Below, piece after piece: positions 28,701 through 30,039 of a DNA stretch of 30,039 bases. Each line of letters begins with the position of its first letter. The first letter of the stretch is position 1. The stretch lies in IMG/VR virus record IMGVR_UViG_3300030019_000018. One strand, 5' to 3'. A program made the translations under genes and the position numbers. The notes beneath the pieces are model-generated. The model was given only the letters and a program-made list of their open reading frames with translations. It searched no databases and was not told where the DNA came from. Source of the DNA: an uncultured virus (IMG/VR IMGVR_UViG_3300030019_000018). Its lineage: Duplodnaviria > Heunggongvirae > Uroviricota > Caudoviricetes > Crassvirales.

Positions 28701-29465
28701 AGTAGATAACTTTATATTCTCTTCCCATCCTATTTTATTAGCAGATAACTTAGATAAATCACTAAAATGATCTATTATTTTACTTACTTTATCTTTAATA
28801 CTTTGATCTATATCTGAATCTAATAATCCTTTAAATTCATTTTTAATATCATTAAATATTTCAGATGGATTATATTCTTGTATAATATCAATTCTTGATT
28901 TATTTGGTTGTGCTTCATTTAATTGTGATACTCTTTCTACAAATAAATTAGCAAGTAAATCTACTCTTCTTTTCCTTTCCTCTGGAGTAAATTTAATGTA
29001 AATATCTTGTTTAGATTTTAATTTACTTAATATTTTACTTGTAGTAATAGGACGCATTTCAACACTATAAGGTAAAATAACATTGTCTGGAATACCTATA
29101 GTATCATTTATTTCATTTAATACATCTTTACTATCTTGTAATTTATCTAATACGTCATTACTAATATAGACTTTATCTTCAGATTCTTTAGCATTTTTAA
29201 TACTATTAATAATAGACTGTTTCACATCTCCTTCTACATTTATAGTAGATTTATTATCAGTATTTAATTCTCTAATATTAAGATGTTTATGTTTATCACT
29301 TGTAGATAAATATTCTACAAACTTAGATTCAATATCTTTATCATCTAAGGATATATTATTTTTTTCTGAAAATACAGCAAGTTGGGAAGAAACCACTATA
29401 GGTTTTAATCCCAACTTATCTGAAATATTAGTTATTAATTTTGAATTTTTATTTATACAACTCAT
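22701..29465 (-). CDS. Virion-packaged DNA-dependent RNA polymerase (crAss-like single-chain two-barrel RNAP)
   Basis: 2254 aa with catalytic GCDFDIDK (DFDID at 25020-25034), preceded by GYRIPTE; also FQKRSKE, TDAQAY, SAVKVG, FGTQIRKLI and SVDAIK. Confidence 0.88.
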   Translation of the reverse strand: MSCINKNSKLITNISDKLGLKPIVVSSQLAVFSEKNNISLDDKDIESKFVEYLSTSDKHKHLNIRELNTDNKSTINVEGDVKQSIINSIKNAKESEDKVYISNDVLDKLQDSKDVLNEINDTIGIPDNVILPYSVEMRPITTSKILSKLKSKQDIYIKFTPEERKRRVDLLANLFVERVSQLNEAQPNKSRIDIIQEYNPSEIFNDIKNEFKGLLDSDIDQSIKDKVSKIIDHFSDLSKLSANKIGWEENIKLSTVDTTDSYNKYNNPDDLDNKDDLFKEEEEKDRWMTNYMESSNLSSLSTLTRKVLGRIPMLDYKGQISTDDLGFPVYMDADYAHAELIEGLKNMTSGTDLVPMLKDLSISKKWIQGVVDKLDSTNGVDEKNSKEIARTKALFYKDFRKDAANFYIQKKQIAPDGTVKIQTISLNAPKGILYLINKWRDNLDNDITLTKSSIYNKDGLFNKDNIQKNSNIVTELKKDITTINNSNKSFEEKVSGIQDLTNRNNDKVFDLLRSVGVDVTSDEVNKITSFRPSELSYPSYENILNTLQTILSVASKQSDRERVDKLHLLNSQYKSMANLIAPFVDEYFESSVHQGNKMLYSHLVPNYFGKLTKLLRNAKADSIEKYIDWVKQEYGKAQLFFKNGYRNEWLRLLTLKDEVGNDLGEKYRNMLDDSLLLSSNNIDYTDLDSVGYTSALIHEFFSDPNNKTAKYHIPIMADAPIARFIKFVRYTNGSDMDENYKSLDYEDTIVNKLLQVAHQEIDRINLVNVRKTMPNIAKIKNFDANGDKFQFLKFLNEDLDTIQEMYKDKKEQAEIDLFIKNKIENGLDEAFTSAVNKWNKSGLFNMDEKGNFTELDTKALRSKDINTLTNTDSTKIGDRRSNNNNPLKEYFFNTYFAESQIIQLLTNDLAQYKDTIDFQKRSKEWNAPGLKLDTTIDGGRQFEHTVYLRDSEVTSSKETLDNLKTALDTIVKKGNLNTFERDTILAKYGAYNAKIFTLNEDKYKEVVSNDSITKGYTKNGVKISKDNYNNALNQYGREPTPVLYRDNKGFIPSSTINLTDAQAYRSWDSYKAVLNMAGKLTTAIEESMNRIKTGNWNLNDFNTVLNAFKPFLFTNTMINSHVNDENGSPIYLRQANQNKNSEFMLLLQGVITNSPKLSALEEFMSKEHTFSDGSKGNIDVVQFNSAVKVGEQGVLDINNLNNKEDVSDYLNQAVKYPDIVHTFDYDDYGLQQEIPEHYQDTQQLFGTQIRKLIHSDLDSNIKISLTINGKDKTLSKKEWMSWYNHAIVENVIKSFDDTQKVIGNKYELERLLKDEITSKNNYNQDLVDAVTLNANGEFNIPLFEPSQSLKIQNLLNSVIKNRITKQKIKGGSLVQVSAFGLQDDLHIVYEGEDSNKHIKHYECYMPWYSKQYVEQLIGDNGELDINKFPEELKSLVGYRIPTEDAYSMMPLYIKGFLPQNSGSAIMLPAEITTIAGCDFDIDKLYFIAPEFTINNNKISKIQVDVNTPEELKNCSVEQRNNLLLDMLTSILQHPDTIAKSMNPGGFDKWIDAMNKYKSEKSSFNSLDPTTQVELHQQNMGAKKLIGIFANHNVNHSLLQNTDTHINDDFKFTYNNKVFTQLNQIKSKEGHYISRTLAGLVASSVDAIKQPVLGTLNINTFTADTACLLARLGYNEFEVAALLVHPAIKEVVDRYMKIQNTAPIKANIIKDVIDDYSKLLSTPQSNDIKDKPFLVEELDRDTKLGLTLQDFKDNKEDSQELIKHHIEVLSLYDKISTIAEDLSDVVSILKSDTSNGGAGPSIADNINKLDKIIDFSLSRETPDAKIIGLEPFVNGILDVYNNDYTQTDLMDYDKMREHIYKNSLAYPLAFNLYGVQSTIPLFFKYFPQYSDNFRNLVRSFKDLTKSEKINVKTMNDIYNDYFSYIASSINSFGGEANEILNKNNYYINEFPKEFKSLLESKKYADNSFISKLAVSKIKGTEIEKIWFNNVGKLTPSTRESVMDGWNSLLYGNEEDKKLAKNLFFYNFHRNGFAFSPETFIHLAPVELKMQIEGYIDTMNSLLRNPNFENIHFVNQYLLNNLDNRKFTPLLDDIEEKNIQNTISFKYDSTNYDSNVSKITKLNNQGDIQWNTTLGIKDKEGKINYYIKNTESSTDNIKEATYSKIDSLGMKNEFQEYSYNTAIEDFKSVIDGSKQEDTFKNPDEESYYNDEDSMENTHQDDIMSSYDSNSLGVDNKEDFFETNNKAVDPDSGEKLC

Positions 29466-29475
29466 TTTATTTATT

Positions 29476-30039
29476 TTAAAATCCTAGACAATCTAAAGTA
29501 TTTTTTCTTTCTTCTTCAGTAAAGACATTATCCCAATCATTATCAGAAACATCAAATTTACTTAAAGAATCTTTTATTTCTTGAGAAAGATTTGCAAATT
29601 TAGCAATTTTACCGACTTCTTCACTATTAATTATGTTATTTTTTGTTAAAGTTTCTTCAGTTTTATTATCAACTTTTAAACTATTGTTTCCCAGTCTATT
29701 AAATAAAGAAGGAGAAGAGGTAGAAGGGGCTTTATCTTGTTTTACATTATAAAGTTTATTATAAAAATTCTTAATTTCTTCTTCGGATGTTAAAAAAGAT
29801 TCTGTTTTTATATTAAAAATTTTATTAAACTCTTTATTAACAAGAACATTATCACCATTGACTCTTTCTTTTTTCCATTGTAGATCATTCCAATTAGATT
29901 TAATAAATGCTTTTGCTCTTATAGTATCTTTTTCTATAGCATCTTTAATATCCTGTTCTATGTAACCTTTTTTATCATCTTGTTTATATATTTTATTATT
30001 AGTTAAATCTACAAATAATTTACCTTCTTTATGTACAAT
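29476..30039 (-). CDS. 3' end of an upstream large virion-associated protein (partial; missing from the ORF track)
   Basis: The - strand frame is open from the window edge (IVHKEGKLFVD...) to ...WDNVFTEEERKNTLDCLGF and TAA at 29476-29478, 10 nt before the vRNAP ATG. Confidence 0.8.
   Translation of the reverse strand: MVHKEGKLFVDLTNNKIYKQDDKKGYIEQDIKDAIEKDTIRAKAFIKSNWNDLQWKKERVNGDNVLVNKEFNKIFNIKTESFLTSEEEIKNFYNKLYNVKQDKAPSTSSPSLFNRLGNNSLKVDNKTEETLTKNNIINSEEVGKIAKFANLSQEIKDSLSKFDVSDNDWDNVFTEEERKNTLDCLGF

Noticed and set aside
1..30039. Alternative genetic code (TAG or TGA reassignment, known in some crAss-like phages)
   Set aside because: Long ORFs tile the window under the standard code. 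TGA ends genes at ATGA overlaps and TAG ends the E2-like gene at a normal overlap.
1..30039. tRNA, rRNA, CRISPR array or diversity-generating retroelement
   Set aside because: No cloverleaf motifs, spaced direct repeats or reverse transcriptase were seen, and intergenic space is minimal.

Overview
A very AT-rich segment of a crAss-like (Crassvirales-type) phage genome that probably infects Bacteroidota, read with the standard genetic code. The + strand (1-18635) is the replication and nucleotide-metabolism block. It holds a putative SSB and a primase, then a four-gene cassette that looks like a complete ubiquitin-like conjugation system (Ubl precursor, E2-like protein, JAB/JAMM protease, ThiF/E1). 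Further on are two PD-(D/E)XK nucleases, a class II ribonucleotide reductase, a retropepsin-like protease, a family A DNA polymerase, a dNMP kinase, dUTPase and ThyX. The polymerase is split by two group I introns carrying LAGLIDADG and HNH-AP2 homing endonucleases, and its exact splice junctions can be derived from the sequence (699 aa spliced). A bidirectional terminator at about 18640-18680 separates this block from three giant - strand genes: a partial upstream gene, a 2254-aa virion RNA polymerase with a DFDID motif, and a 1332-aa probable ejection protein. These three carry a striking pattern of terminal cysteines. All calls come from motifs read by eye; no database searches were run.
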